This document shows, piece by piece, positions 51,391 to 63,944 of a stretch of 64,000 nt of DNA. The notes under the pieces are model-generated. The model worked only from the letters and a program-made list of their open reading frames with translations. It did no database searches and had not been told where the DNA came from. Numbering within the stretch: the first letter of the stretch is position 1; each line of letters starts with the position of its first letter. The translations under genes were made by a program, and so were the position numbers. This stretch comes from Anthoceros angustus. Lineage: Eukaryota > Plantae > Anthocerotophyta. Location: assembly GCA_010909165.1 (NCBI GenBank), contig VJWM01000016.1:186001-250000 (forward strand), in the 5' to 3' direction.

Positions 51391-52319
51391 CGTAGTACCC
51401 CTGCACGGGGACCGATTGCGCTCAACCTGCACAAGAAACAGTGCAGAAGAATTGCAGCAAGGTCCGCGCTGCAGCACGATCGGACATTTACTTCCCCCGC
51501 CAAGCAATTTCCCGCAGCGCACAAGCAGTGAGCCCAAAATCTGCCTTGCAACGCGCTCGCGCAGAGCACGGCGCAGCGAGTCACTTCGAAGGCTCTCTAC
51601 GGACAGCCATGACAATGCACGAATCCTTGAAAACAAGAGGCGGGAAGGAACGGTGAGCGTAAGCCAGACGGTCGTGGAACTGGTACATGGACTGTCCATG
51701 TGCCAGTGACCCCAGTGACCGGCAATCCCCAGTCGAGAATTGCGCTGCTTGCCGCCTTCAATGTCCAGTCGAGAATTGCGCTGCTCCCGGCCTTCGAAAC
51801 GACAGAAGTGGACCGGTACTTCCCGGCGACGCCGGCTGATTCGCCCGCCGCCTCCTGCCTGCTGCGGACGTTTATTCATAATCACGCTTAAGGAGCAGAG
51901 TGTCCGTTAAACGTTTCTCGCAGCAGCGCAGGAGCGATCATCAAATGATGATGACGGTGACATCACAAGCAACCCGTTAAGAGAAGCAGTAACCAACGCA
52001 CAAGAAAGACAGCAAAGCGCTCGGGGTAAGAATCACAAGAATATTATTTTTACAAGGGTCGTTCCACATGAGGGAAAGCTTATAATTAATACGGTACGAT
52101 GTCTAAAATATTTTTATACTATTTTTAGAGCTTACACATGTTGCTTACTTTTATTTGAGGAGTGAACTCCTCAAATAAAAGTAATATTTTTATACTATTT
52201 TCAGAGCTTGCACATGTTCACACATGCTTAGCAAGCCTGTTTTTATGGCAAGTTCTTCAATCTCTGTTATCCATCCGTCGAGGCGCTCTACTTCTGGATG
52301 TGGTGCCTGTATTTTGGAA

Positions 52320-52570
52320 TTAGTTATAGAGATTAGGCGACCCTCTAGGAGGTGCTCTCTTTACCCTTGCTTACTACATGGCTCTACTTTAGATTGTCTC
52401 TCCGATGCACGATTGTGCCTTTCCTTCACTTGAGGACGACTCTCACATCCTTTGGGCCCAAGGACAAGGTCAAGGTCAAGGAGGCCTTTCCGTTCTTCTT
52501 ACACAAACTCTCATTGTTGGGATTAAGGGTCAAGCTCTCCAAGTGCCGCGTCTGGTCTCCATCGAGGTTA
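52320..52570 (+). pseudogene. Non-LTR retrotransposon reverse-transcriptase fragment (CRE/R2-like motif style)
   Basis: GDPLGGALFTLA (52336-52370), FPSLEDD (52420-52440; this is the YxDD-equivalent box) and then LGLRVKLSKCRVWSPS across a frameshift. Confidence 0.7.
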
Positions 52571-52904
52571 TCCCTACTTTGCAGTTCTCCATTAGTGAGA
52601 TTGCTTATTATAAACTGGATGGGTATGTACAGGGGTGCGAATGAGTAGGCAGGTACAGAAATACATGTTACTAGCAAAATGGGGGTGTTCGGGGAGTACA
52701 ACATGTGTGGCGCGTGTAGTACTCGTCACCTTAAACTACTGAAAACCGGGCGGTTTAGGGTTTACCAAGCCCGTTTATCGGGTTTACCAAGCCCTGGCGA
52801 TGCTTATCTATCAGCGATGCATATTGGTATTGCAGATAGCCACTCCCTCAGCTATCACCAAGATATCCAATTAGCAGTACATCCTCAAAAAGCAAACCCC
52901 AAAA

Positions 52905-53664
52905 AACCATAGCAAGTCTCTTGTTATCACCCCAAGGATTGAAAAGAAAGATTATCTTATGTATCCTCTATCAATCAAGGAAGGCTGCTACAACACCCCA
53001 AACCCTGCACTCTTTCAACTTGGAATTTTGTCCCAACAAACAGCATGTCAATATCCCTACTAAAATAATATTATCCCAAGATCTAGCCAATTAGAAACGA
53101 ACACAGAAGCCATATAACCAAAAACGGCATAAATACATAGCATACGCCCATCCAAGCAGGAACCGGTAATAAAGCAGAGCACCATGATCAAGCAATAGGT
53201 GGTTGGAAGCAAGATGCCCTCCCTGTGTAGGCCATTAAAAAGTCCCCAACAACACATTGGACTATAACAATAAAACTATAGCATGTGTCTTGTTGTCACC
53301 ACAAGGGCCAATTAAAGTTCAAAGGAAAGACTATGTTATGTAATCTCTATCAATCAAGAAAGGCTTTTCCAACACTCTCGACCTTGCACTCAATTAGCTC
53401 TGAATCTGCAACCAAGATACAACATGTCAGTATCCCTGTTAAGACAATGTTATCCAAAGGTCTAGCCAATCAGAAACGAGATTTATAGAAGCCATCTTTG
53501 ATAACCAGAAATGGCACAAATACACAAAGGACCAATAATAAAGTAGAGCACTATAATCAAGGACATGAAGGTTGGCAGCAAGATGTCCTCCCTATTCAGA
53601 CTATTCAGGGGTCCCCAACAACACATTGGATCCACTATAGCAACAAAACCCAAGAGTTCTCTCA
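52905..53664. repeat. ~370-bp degenerate tandem repeat, 2 copies, the second ending at an element insertion
   Basis: CTCTATCAATCAAG, TCTAGCCAAT.AGAAACGA and GTCCCCAACAACACATTGGA each occur twice, about 370 bp apart. Confidence 0.8.
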
Positions 53665-56600
53665 CCCTACTAGAAAAGGGCAATCATATTACACTTTATG
53701 TTAAGATTTGGACCCCCCTTTATTACAATTATGTTGAAATCTTGGGGTCTTATTACACTTTTGGGGCCCCTTGTTACATTTAGGATTTGGAAACCAACCC
53801 TCCATCTTGTTATAGTCATGTTACAGTTTTGTTGCAATTATGTTGCTATGTAGTGAGAGGTGGTATGTGTCCCCTATCAAAATTTCAACATAATTGCAAC
53901 AACCAGGGTGTTGCATTATCTCTTGTTACTGTTTTGCAGGCTTGGTACCGAACCTTCTCCCCATCTACCTTAACCCTTGTTGCTTTTACTCTCATATTTT
54001 GCCCGTGCCATTATTGTAACACGTGTACTAGGTTGTAGTTGTATTTTACGTGTATGCTTTCATTACCGTATTTCCCGAGGTGGTTATTCCAATATCGCGA
54101 CGCGAGCTTCTACGTATTTCGCTTGTGTACTTTTTGTGCCACATTTCCGTACTCGTATTCGCAATTCGCTCAACTGGGCATCTTCATATTTCACATGTAG
54201 TTTTATGTACCATATTTTGTGCAGTATCTTATACGTCACCCGTGTATCGTGCATTTGTATGCATCACCCATATAACGTTCATATACTTTCAAACCCATAC
54301 AGTAAAAAAATATGACATATCCATATTTTAATGTACGATACACATGCCGATTCATCCGACCATTCACAATTGCATTGTAGCGTACTCCTTTTTGCCGCTG
54401 CGGGAGTGAAGTGGTAGTTGTGGTGCGAATTTTCAGCTCCTTGGCCTGTGCATGGTACATGCCATGCCTACTCCACATCGTACGCAGCTATTAGAAACTC
54501 TCGACCTTCCGCACGGCTTGTGAGTTTAGCCTTCCCCTTCCTCTTCCGTTTTGCGGCCATTTTCCTTCTGTCATGTGCATGCATTTCTCCCCATGTGGTA
54601 TTAGAATTTTGCAATCATAGCCATGCATATGCCGTACAGATGGCCCTTGGCCTGTAAGCAGAGAAAAATTGCTAGCTGGAAAATTGCAATTTGCACACTC
54701 ACCTTGGCCGCCTTGTCTCTGATTTGTTTCCGCCCATTCGGTAACAACGGTTCCGTGCTTGACAACGTCCTCTCCGTCAGCGCAGCCCTCCCCCATGTTA
54801 TCCATGCTCCCCCATCCAGCTCTCTAGGCCTTGCTCTTGCTTTCCTGTTCTGGCCTCCTCCCTTCTCCACAACTTGCGTCTGCCGAAGCACCATTGTGCA
54901 GGTCCATGCTCTCGGCCTGAGACTCCACCAGGTGTGTGTCTGATACAAAATTCGGCACGGGCTGGTGTTCCTCTTCCTCGACCTCCCTGTTCTCCTCCTC
55001 ATCATCATCATGTCGTGACGCCATCAGCCCACCAAGTACCTACTTGTCGAATCCCCTAGACAGATGCCTCATCTCTATACCTTGCCTTTCTTGTCCTCCA
55101 GCCCCCGATGACAGCCTCATTTTTACAACTGCATTAGGCTCAAATGTCCTCATCCCACACTCCCCCCGGGCGCTCTTCCTGCATTTGTGACACATCCTGG
55201 CTTGATGTTCCCTGCACCCATACATTTCATCTCACACTTCGATGGATACTGCCATTCTCTGCCTATGTACCTAGCCCCCTCCTATTAAGAGACAACACAT
55301 ACCTATCACTTGCTGGTGACGCCGCACTCCCCAAGCTGTTTTCGTTGTCCTCATTTTTGCCCCTCTCGACACATCCACCTTGTCCCTCCCTCAAGCAACA
55401 TGACCACCGCCCATTCCTGCCCCAACCACGCTGGTTCCTGGTGTTGCTGGGACAACTACATCATCGCCCTCGCTATCCTCCACGATGTCATCCACATTGC
55501 CTCTCCTTGTCCTGTGACTGCCATGCAATGGCCCCACCTTGTTAGCGTGGCGATAGCCTCTTCGCACTCCCCTAGCCTCACGGCTCCACCACATGCTAGG
55601 TGGACGAGGAGGATGAGGAGGATAGCCCAGTCGAGCTACCTTCCTCATCCTCCCCACCTTTCTACGACCTCCTATCGCCGGCGCCGTCGCATACACCTCC
55701 CGATTGTGGTGTGTTTGCCGGCTGCATACGATCCTTGCCCACCTCCGTCAGCTCACACCATTTCCCTATTCTTGTTGTACCATGTTTTCTTTTGTTTTTT
55801 TTTCCTCCCTTGCACGGCAACCAGCTCCCTTCCTCCCTCATGAGGTTAGCATTCAAACATGTCCGTAGACATTGAAGGCCTGAAATTTGAAATTCAGCAG
55901 CGACCCATAACTTGCATGCATGAAAGTGTGAATAATGGCAGGAATCAGCGCAGTGATTCCTGCCATCATTGTTGCTTGCCTCCCTTCCCTAATCACCGCC
56001 TTCCCTTGACCATAGATACGTGCGACATTGACTTCAAGTCGCGTGACATTGGTTACAACATAACCAAGGTGCATTGCCTGCATTTAGGGTACATTATACT
56101 ATTTAGTGACTGAATATCGTTAAATATAATGTGCAAACAGGACAATGGCCCCTATGCCCGCTCTACTCCGTAGTTCTCCGAACATGTCACTAGTCCACAC
56201 ACGTCATTACCTCAACTATGACCACTACTATGTGCCACCGTCCATGAGTTCCTACTCCCTCCATCCCTACTAGAAAAGGGCAGTCATGTTACACTGTATG
56301 TTAAGATTTGGACCCCCCTTTGTTGCAATTATGTTAAAATCTTAGGGTCTTGTTACACTTTTGGGTCCCCTTGTTACAGTTAGGTTTGGAAACCAACCCT
56401 CCACCTTGTTACAGTCATGTTACAGTCTTGTTGCAATTATGTTGCAATGTAGTGAGAGGTGGTATGTGTCCCCTCTCAAAATTTCAACATAATTGCAACA
56501 ACCAAAGTGTTACATCGTCTCTTGTTACAGTTTTGCACACTTATAACCGAACCTCCTCCCCATCTACCTTCCTCTTTTTACTACTATTACCCTATGGAAT

Positions 56601-57988
56601 ACCTAGTTTTACTTAGTAGTTCCCACCGATACTCGTATGAATACATATATATATAAATACATGTACGAATACATTCTTTGTAAAATACACGTATTGTTCA
56701 TGGTAACATATATTATATGGTAATTTCCTGTGATACACGGTCATATTCTATTTTATATAAAATAAGCATATACGTCACACGGATAACGTACATACTTTGT
56801 ACACAGTATGTACACGTCCACGATACGTTTAGTAGTTTGTCCTTGAGCACTCAATACCTTTTGTGCCTACGAGTTTGTGCTACGCGTACCCATGTTTGCT
56901 ATGCGCCGGCGTGGGGTTGTTTGGCTCCAAGTCCTCCCTCCTTCTCTCTCCCCCTAGACAACTGCCTCATGTCCGTTACGCGCCTTTTTGCCCCTGCCTC
57001 GACCATGGCTGCTGTTGGTTGCTCCACTCCTATCCTCCCTCTGCCACCCGCCTCTTCCACTCCCTTGCGTTGTTTTCACTATCCACACTTCCAATAATAT
57101 TATGTTTAGGTCACCTTTAAAGGTGACAGTTAATGGGCATGTTACTGTGATATTCAAGTCTGGGCACCATTAACAAATAGTTGTGAAGAGAGAGTGCAAA
57201 GAAGAGCGCTAGGAAAAACATTAATAAACAATGCGTATGAGAGAGGGGATGTAGTTAAGAGGGTGAAGTGGTAGGAGAGAGAGGCAGGTTTGTGTTAAGA
57301 TTGTAGGCCCACTTGGGGAAAGAAATGACAAACTTAATACCAAGCCTCCAAATGATGTTGCAAGTTAGAAGTGTAACATAAAATTGCAACAACGACTGTA
57401 ACATAGGCTGCCCTTTCTAGTAGGGCATCTCCGAGCCAGTGTGGGAACGACAATTGCCTAACCTATGTTATCCTCCATCATCTTCGGATGTAGCATACAC
57501 TGGATTATCCGCGATAACGAAACTGGGCGCTATGACAACCTAACTGAAGGAGAAGCGGGGATGGAGGGTTGCACCTATCATGCCCAATCCCTCTGCAGTG
57601 TTAATTTCCTAGAATACCGAAACATAATGTGTAGGGTGCGTTGGTCTTGTAGGGGAGGCTGGAGTCGACAACCACAAGGTCGCGTATTCAAATTTCTTGG
57701 TCAGCACACGATTTTGCAACTGGACATGATTCGGGAGGCAATCAGACAGGATGTATTCACGTATGTGCCGTGCATATACATGAAAAACATGCATGCACCA
57801 TGCCTGTAAAACAACAACATACACGGCCCGTATGCGCCATGTACATATACATATTTTACGTGCCGCATGTACGTCTATGTGGAATGGAAATAAATAAAAT
57901 ATAGCGATTGCAGTTCACACATACATATCTATACATCCTATATTTACGGATATATATATATATACATATACATACGTATATATATACA

Positions 57989-58024
<36 letters not shown>

Positions 58025-58316
58025 TACATACATACGTACATAGGTAACCTACAATTATCTTCTACATGTATGTATGGCATAAGGCTAAAAAAATTAGGGT
58101 TCAACTCATGAATAGCTATGATCAAGAAAAAATATTGATAAAGAAATGGTGAAGTTATGAGGTAGGAGACAAAAGTGAGAGTTGTTGTTACATCTTCAAA
58201 GGAGGTGTCATAAAGAGGGGGAGGATGATACCAAGCCTCCAAAGCATGTTGCAATTTGGAAGTGTAGCATAAAATTGCAACAACCACTCTAACATAGGCT
58301 GTCTTTTCAAGTAGGT
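53665..58316. mobile_element. Non-autonomous CACTA-superfamily element with CCCTA termini (outer), 3-bp TSD TCA
   Basis: The left end CCCTACTAGAAAAGGGCA starts at 53665, preceded by TCA. The right end ...GCTGTCTTTTCAAGTAGGT ends at 58316, followed by TCA. Subterminal TTGCAAC/TGTAAC repeats occur at both ends. Confidence 0.75.
56265..57425. mobile_element. Nested non-autonomous CCCTA-ended element of the same family (1161 bp), 3-bp TSD CAT
   Basis: CAT|CCCTACTAGAAAAGGGCAG starts at 56265, and CTGCCCTTTCTAGTAGGG|CAT ends at 57425. The first ~300 bp are homologous to the outer element's left end. Confidence 0.9.
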
Positions 58317-59652
58317 TCATTATATATCAACGTACCATAATAGATTCGATTAGCTAGGTTCTTGATGATAGGTCTGAGATTGACTTCTCTTGGTCCTCCT
58401 CTGTAAATGGCCGTAGTGCACTAGAGCGTATTGGCTTCCCCCACGTGCAGCATGTAGTACGAGATTCATCTTTTTATAAGGATAAAGATGAGTAGTTTAA
58501 CTAATAGCTTCCTTACTTCTTAGCTATTAAGTGTGGATCTGCCTTTCACGCATCTGGGACGCTTCTTGGTTGTTGTCTCAATTAGGGTGAACGTTCTCCA
58601 CCCATGATGTCACTCGTGATGTCATGTTTGCAATGGCTCGTGAAAATGTGTACCTCGTCTAGCGTGACCAGGTCTCTGTGGCAGACGTGCTTGTTACTGA
58701 CTCTACACGAGATTTCACCTGTGAATAAGGTATCCTAAATCCTCCAACTAGGATGGCTGGTAGAGTGCGGCTTCCAAGGTCACTAAGTATAGGGAATGTA
58801 TGTAAGCGACCTTTTCATCCCGCTTGCCTTCAACATGGACTTTAATAAATAAATCAAGTCCAACACTAAAGGATACCATGCAAGGAGATACAAAGCGAGG
58901 CTACCGTTTTCTTATTTCACCATGTCGTATTTCCCAGCGTTCTTTTGGCAGCAGGTGTCCTCCAAAGGCCACTTGCAAGGGTGATCCCACAGACAGCGGC
59001 GACCGTTGAAGATGCATCCACAATAATCTCCGTAGCATGTAAGCCATTTAAATTTACCTCATCTCTTCTTATTCTTTAACCCAAGAGAGCACAAGGAATT
59101 TTTGGCCTTTTTTGGCTAGTAGCCTCTTTCTAATTTTCATGAATTCTGTCAATGCAAAAATGCATTCGCTCTTGGTGATAATTATCACCTTACTGTTCTA
59201 AATCCTGTGGTGTGTACAAAACAATTATTCAATCACTCTTCCTCCCTCACAAAATTTCAAAAGACATGGAGCACCAAGCACAACATTTTTGCTTAGTTTC
59301 AGCAGTGGAGATGAAATTAGCTCGAGCAAACTTCATAACAGAACGAAAAAATTTAAACCGGATTTGAACTACATGAACTAGGACATAAACATAATCAAAA
59401 TGTGGCATGTAGTTGGCTGATGTGGCGGGTTGTAGATTAGTTTAGATAGAATTGATTAGTGAACTAGATTATTTGTTAATCCTCCATTATTCAACTGAAC
59501 TGAGGTAAAATGATGAACATATTTTTTACTTCTTACTACTTCATTTTTTCTTTTGATCGAATACCCTTTACTTTCTATCTCATCCCGAGACGAAAGCTCG
59601 TTGCAGCGCTCAGGCCCAGCAGCACGGCGTCGCAAGCAATCGCCACTCTTAA

Positions 59653-59844
59653 GACACAGAAGAATTGTTAGCATTGTTTGATTCTAAATTGGCGGAAGCA
59701 GAGGCTTCAACATTGATGACAAACAGAGGAAGGATTGTGAGTTCAAAGAAGAGGTGGCTTTCCCTTGTTGACACATTTGAAAGTCGAGGCTTCCATGGGG
59801 AGAATTTTAAGATGCTTAAGACGAAGTGGGACAATACTCCTTAA
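59653..59844 (+). pseudogene. Isolated Myb/SANT (trihelix-like) domain fragment
   Basis: An open frame reads DTEELLALFDSK...SSKKRWLSLVDTFESRGFHGENFKMLKTKWDN, which fits the trihelix pattern E...L...W..V...RG...KW.N. There is no start codon or gene context. Confidence 0.5.
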
Positions 59845-60297
59845 ACTCCTGTAAGAACTCCTTGATAACAATAATGAGAACAAGGAAACACATCTCTAGC
59901 AATACCCAAATTAGTGTCTTCTTATGTCTTTCTACATTGTTGTTACACCATATCGCCAGGAACACTCATATCCAATACAATATCTTGCAATGACTAATCC
60001 TGTAAAAGAATACCTTCATGATTATGTACCTTCTCTTCTTCCAAAACTTGTGTTTAGGGCTTTGGTTGCATCTACTAAAGTTGCTATCACACCTACTGTC
60101 TTATAATGGAGGATACAGTCTTGCTTTCCATACAACCTATAACCCACAGAAGTTGCTTGCCGAGCAAAGTTCTCTAGGTTAGCAGAAGAAAGAACACTCT
60201 CCTTTTCAATCTCACTATCACGGATCTCACCAAGGTCCATCAATATGCTGTTCAACTTCGAAGCTAGCACTGGAATAGAAGGTGGAACATTTGTGGG

Positions 60298-60690
60298 GAT
60301 CTCAAACTTTTGGCGTTTGACAACCATCAAAGGTCATCCTTAAGAAAACGCCTACAAATTCACACAACGCCCACAATAACGAATGCGACATTAACGAATG
60401 CCCACAATAACGTCTTTAAGAACAGATCTCAAACTTCTGGAGTTTCACAACCATCAAAGCCATCCTTAAGCAAACGCCACAATAAGAATGCCCACAATAA
60501 CGAATGCCCACAAAAACTGCTTTAAGAACGGATCTCAAACTTATGGCATTTCACAACCATCGAAGCCATTCTTAACCGAACGCCCATAAGTTCATAGGAC
60601 ACCTACAATAACGAGCTCTTACAATAATTATGGGCATTCATATGACACCTACAATAACGAACGCCCACAACAACAACGGCATTAAGGATG
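60298..60690. repeat. Degenerate 106-127 bp tandem repeat with internal ATAACGAATGCCCACA motifs
   Basis: GATCTCAAACTT..GG..TTT.ACAACCATC occurs at 60298, 60425 and 60531. Confidence 0.85.
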
Positions 60691-61461
60691 GAGTCCGGAA
60701 TGAAACCTATGAGGTTAAACCTTAAAATGGTATGAAACGGTATAGGTTAAACTATAAGGGTAAAATAAAATAGAAATAAACATTCAGCTTGTCCGAAGAT
60801 ATTTGGTTCAATGTTCAATTTTGGTTGTGTGTAGTTGGTAGACGGTTGAGTTCAAGGAAATTGAATGAATTTTCTCATGTGGCTCTAATTCATGTTCGTA
60901 GTTTAATTCGTGTATGTTCGACCAAACCGCCCATGCGGATAGTTCCATTCGTGTTTGTTCCATGCGGATAGTTCCATTCGATAACGATGAAATTTGTACG
61001 CAGCAAACCAACTCCCGACTCCCGAGTCGAAATCCATTCCGCACTCGAGCAGTGCAATGTACGGTCACACAAGCTCCGACGATCACCAGCTCACAGCGCC
61101 GGATCGGAGCCCCCACGTCGGTAGTTCTTCCCTGTACCACTCTACTCTACATTGCACCGGTAGTCTGTAGACTCAAGAATGTTTATGAAGGAAATGGTAA
61201 CATTAGAGGCCGAGCTTGGCTACAATTGGCAGGACGAGTCCTCCAGTATCCGGCAAATGCCTTTAGCCGATATAATGTAGACTAGTGCAATCCTATGTGC
61301 CCTAGGGCAGGGAGGAGGGATGCGCTACTACCTAGTGTATGTGACGGAAGTTCTCCGACGCGCAGAGGAGAAATCCATCTTCATCCGCTGAATGTGCAAG
61401 CCATTCCTCTGGATGGATGGGTGGACAAATCGATTCGGTAGGTGGAAGTGAAATCTCACAG

Positions 61462-62411
61462 CTAGGAGCGGAGTGTGGAGACGACTTTTCGAGAAGAGGT
61501 GAACGCTAACACCGCCAGAATGAGAAACGTGACGAAGGCCATAGCGGAAACCGCTTCCGCTTTGGAGCACAGTGAATTGATGGAGAAGTCATCGCACACT
61601 CTGTTGTCATTGACTCCGTCGCCATTTCTGTATACCACTATCAGGGTGGCCGTGGAGGCGCCAGCGGCGAAGACGAGGTAGGCCAGTATCTGCGTACCAG
61701 GAGCGAGAGCGAGGTCAGACAATCGCACTTGATCCAATCCCGGCCCGCAAGGTGTGGAACGCAGCCTCTGAGGCGTCCCACCTGGTCGAAGACGAAGGTG
61801 GGCAAGGCGCCGGCGTAACGGGCTACGGCGTTGTACGCCACAAAGATGAGAACGATCTGCACCAGCTCGTACACCAGGACGATGACGACGGCGCCGAAGA
61901 CGAATCTGGCAGTGCGTGGGGCAAAGCAAGCAAACCAAACAGCTCAGGCGGTGGCATTTGCAGACAGTCGGGAACCCAGACAAAGACGAGACCAAACGGA
62001 AGGAAACGAAACGAGAAGAGAAAGCTTGGTTGCGAAGGGCAGTCCAGACAGGTGCACTGCTCTTGCTCACTTGAAGGGCGCAAGGTGGAGCGCAACGAAA
62101 GAGACCGAGAAGGCCTCCCCGTTGGAGTCGAGGTATGTCACCGTTTGCTTGGCTGCACCGCTTACGCCCACGCAGACGAGGGCCAGCACCGCGGCGATGG
62201 CCCTCAACGCCACGACCAGCAGGCGTGACCCACCCTGGGCGCCCCCGGCATTGGAGACGTGGTGATGGTAGGGGGAGGCCACGCCATCGAAGCCCGTCGG
62301 CGGGCCGGTACCGGTACCCGTGCCCTGTCCGCCTCCGACTCCATACCCCGCGCCGCCGGCATACGCTGGTGCCGCGCCGCCACCCACCGGAGCCCCCGTC
62401 CCGGTTCCCAT
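61462..62411 (-). CDS. CASP-like (MARVEL/DUF588) four-TM protein with a Gly-rich N-terminus, 3 exons
   Basis: Exons: 62411-62071 (MGTGTG...LVVALRAIAAVLALVCV...), 61905-61782 (FVFGAVVIVLVYELVQ...VFDQ) and 61689-61462 (ILAYLVFAAGAS...C..F...LC.....SAMAFVTF...). Introns are GT-AG, and the DQ|xLAYL junction is typical of CASPL genes. Confidence 0.85.
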
Positions 62412-63349
62412 CCTCCGCACCTGCTGCCGCTCAACTCGCGGCTCCCCCTCGGGCCCTTCCCGCTTCCCTCGCCTTCCTTCCCTACCGCGGCTTGCTGCAA
62501 ACCAGGGCCCTGCGAGCGAGGAGGAAGAGAACGGGCGGAGCGGAGGTCGATGCGGGCGAGGACTCGGTGCCAATGCCTCGTCCCCCTGGCTCAGAGTATT
62601 AGGCTCTGCACCGGAAGCTCCTCCGCACCTTCCTCATCCCGCTGTTGCATTGCCCAAAGAACTTTTCAGCACTAGCAGCCGGAATGCGGGCTGACAACAC
62701 GCGCAACGTTTGTTTAACGTTTCCGCGGCCGCCGTCGCCTCCTCCAATCACAGGATGGGATGACGGTATCGAGGAGGACTTCTGGATTAGAATGTGCCGG
62801 CAGCCCTGCCCGTACGCGCGCCCGCTGTTCATTCATCCCACAAGGTGCTGATGCTACTATGCGATTTGCGGCACCGCTTTTTCTTCTTGATCAGGTCACA
62901 TGCCTGCAAATACCGACAGCCGGGACTCGAGTTACTTGCACTGCGATTAGCTGTTAACGAGTAGGGCAGCGTTACAACAATGTTAGAGACTTAGTCCATT
63001 GCCTTTACGTGAGCTTTAAGACACTAGTGATTATAGTTGATACAGGGATTCGAACCGCGGTGACCACGTTCCTGACGTTCCAGGCTGAGGCCCTACTCAC
63101 ATTGCGTGAGGCCTCCGTCCGTCCGCAGCCCGCGTATAGCGGGCACCGGACGGAGCTGTAGCGCACCGTGCGCCGGGCCCGCTAAAAATGGGAGATTCGT
63201 TATATGTAGGAATGGTATTTAGGGTTTCAGTTAGGAAGGACCCGTTATTCAATCCCGGGCAAGCTCGAAGTAGCCCGGGTTTGCTCTTCTCTTCCTCCAC
63301 TCTTGAACCCCGTCTCGCTTTTCATGCAGACCTCGCTAGGAGTGTCCTG

Positions 63350-63417
63350 CGCTGGGACTTCCCTTCTTCTCACGCTGCGACTTCCCTTCTTCTCACGCTG
63401 GGACTTCCCTTCTTCTC
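63350..63417. repeat. 23-bp tandem repeat, 3 copies
   Basis: CGCTG(G/C)GACTTCCCTTCTTCTCA starts at 63350, 63373 and 63396. Confidence 0.95.
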
Positions 63418-63690
63418 GTCTGCACTTGAGAGTCTTGTGTCTGAGTTCTTCTTTTTTTATATATGATTATATTGATTATCTTATTTTCAGTTATCGATCC
63501 TGTGTTCTAATTTTTAGTTATGGATCCTATGTTGTACTTCATGCTTCAAGTTATGTTCCAAAGGTCATATTCACATTCTTTATACTTGGGGGATGTACAC
63601 TATATGGGAACCGATGACAGTGTGATGCATGTATTGTTCATACTCCTTTTGGCAGCTTCAGGTGGTGCTCTTGTGGAGACTTTGCACACG

Positions 63691-63944
63691 CAAAAAAGTC
63701 GTATTTGGTGGAAAGCTCCATCTTCTACAGGGTTATGGGAAGAGCTACACATGCAAGCTTGGCACTTGGAAGGTGCAAAAAAGTCGTATTTGGTGGAAAG
63801 CTCCATCTTCTACAGGGTTATGGGAAGAGCTACACATGCAAGCTTGGCACTTGGAAGGTGCAAAAAAGTCGTATTTGGTGGAAAGCTCCATCTTCTACAG
63901 GGTTATGGGAAGAGCTACACATGCAAGCTTGGCACTTGGAAGGT
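63691..63944. repeat. 85-bp perfect tandem repeat, 3 copies
   Basis: AAAAAAGTCGTATTTGGTGGAAAGCTCC...GCACTTGGAAGGT starts at 63692, 63777 and 63862. The copies are identical and have no spacers. Confidence 0.97.

Noticed and set aside
51391-51885. N-terminal 165 codons of ORF 50791-51885 as SUVH4 coding sequence
   Set aside because: They show no recognisable similarity and contain a small 36-bp duplication (~51728-51790). This is probably 5' UTR or promoter, but it is not excluded without transcripts.
33900-62600. Many short plus-strand ORFs in the ORF track
   Set aside because: They are antisense shadows of minus-strand exons or chance intronic ORFs with no motifs.
63040-63110. tRNA or SINE on the minus strand (GGTTCGAATCCC B-box)
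   Set aside because: I found no A-box, acceptor stem or cloverleaf around it. tRNAscan-SE would settle it.
63691-63944. CRISPR-like array
   Set aside because: The units are contiguous and identical with no unique spacers, there are no cas genes, and the context is eukaryotic.
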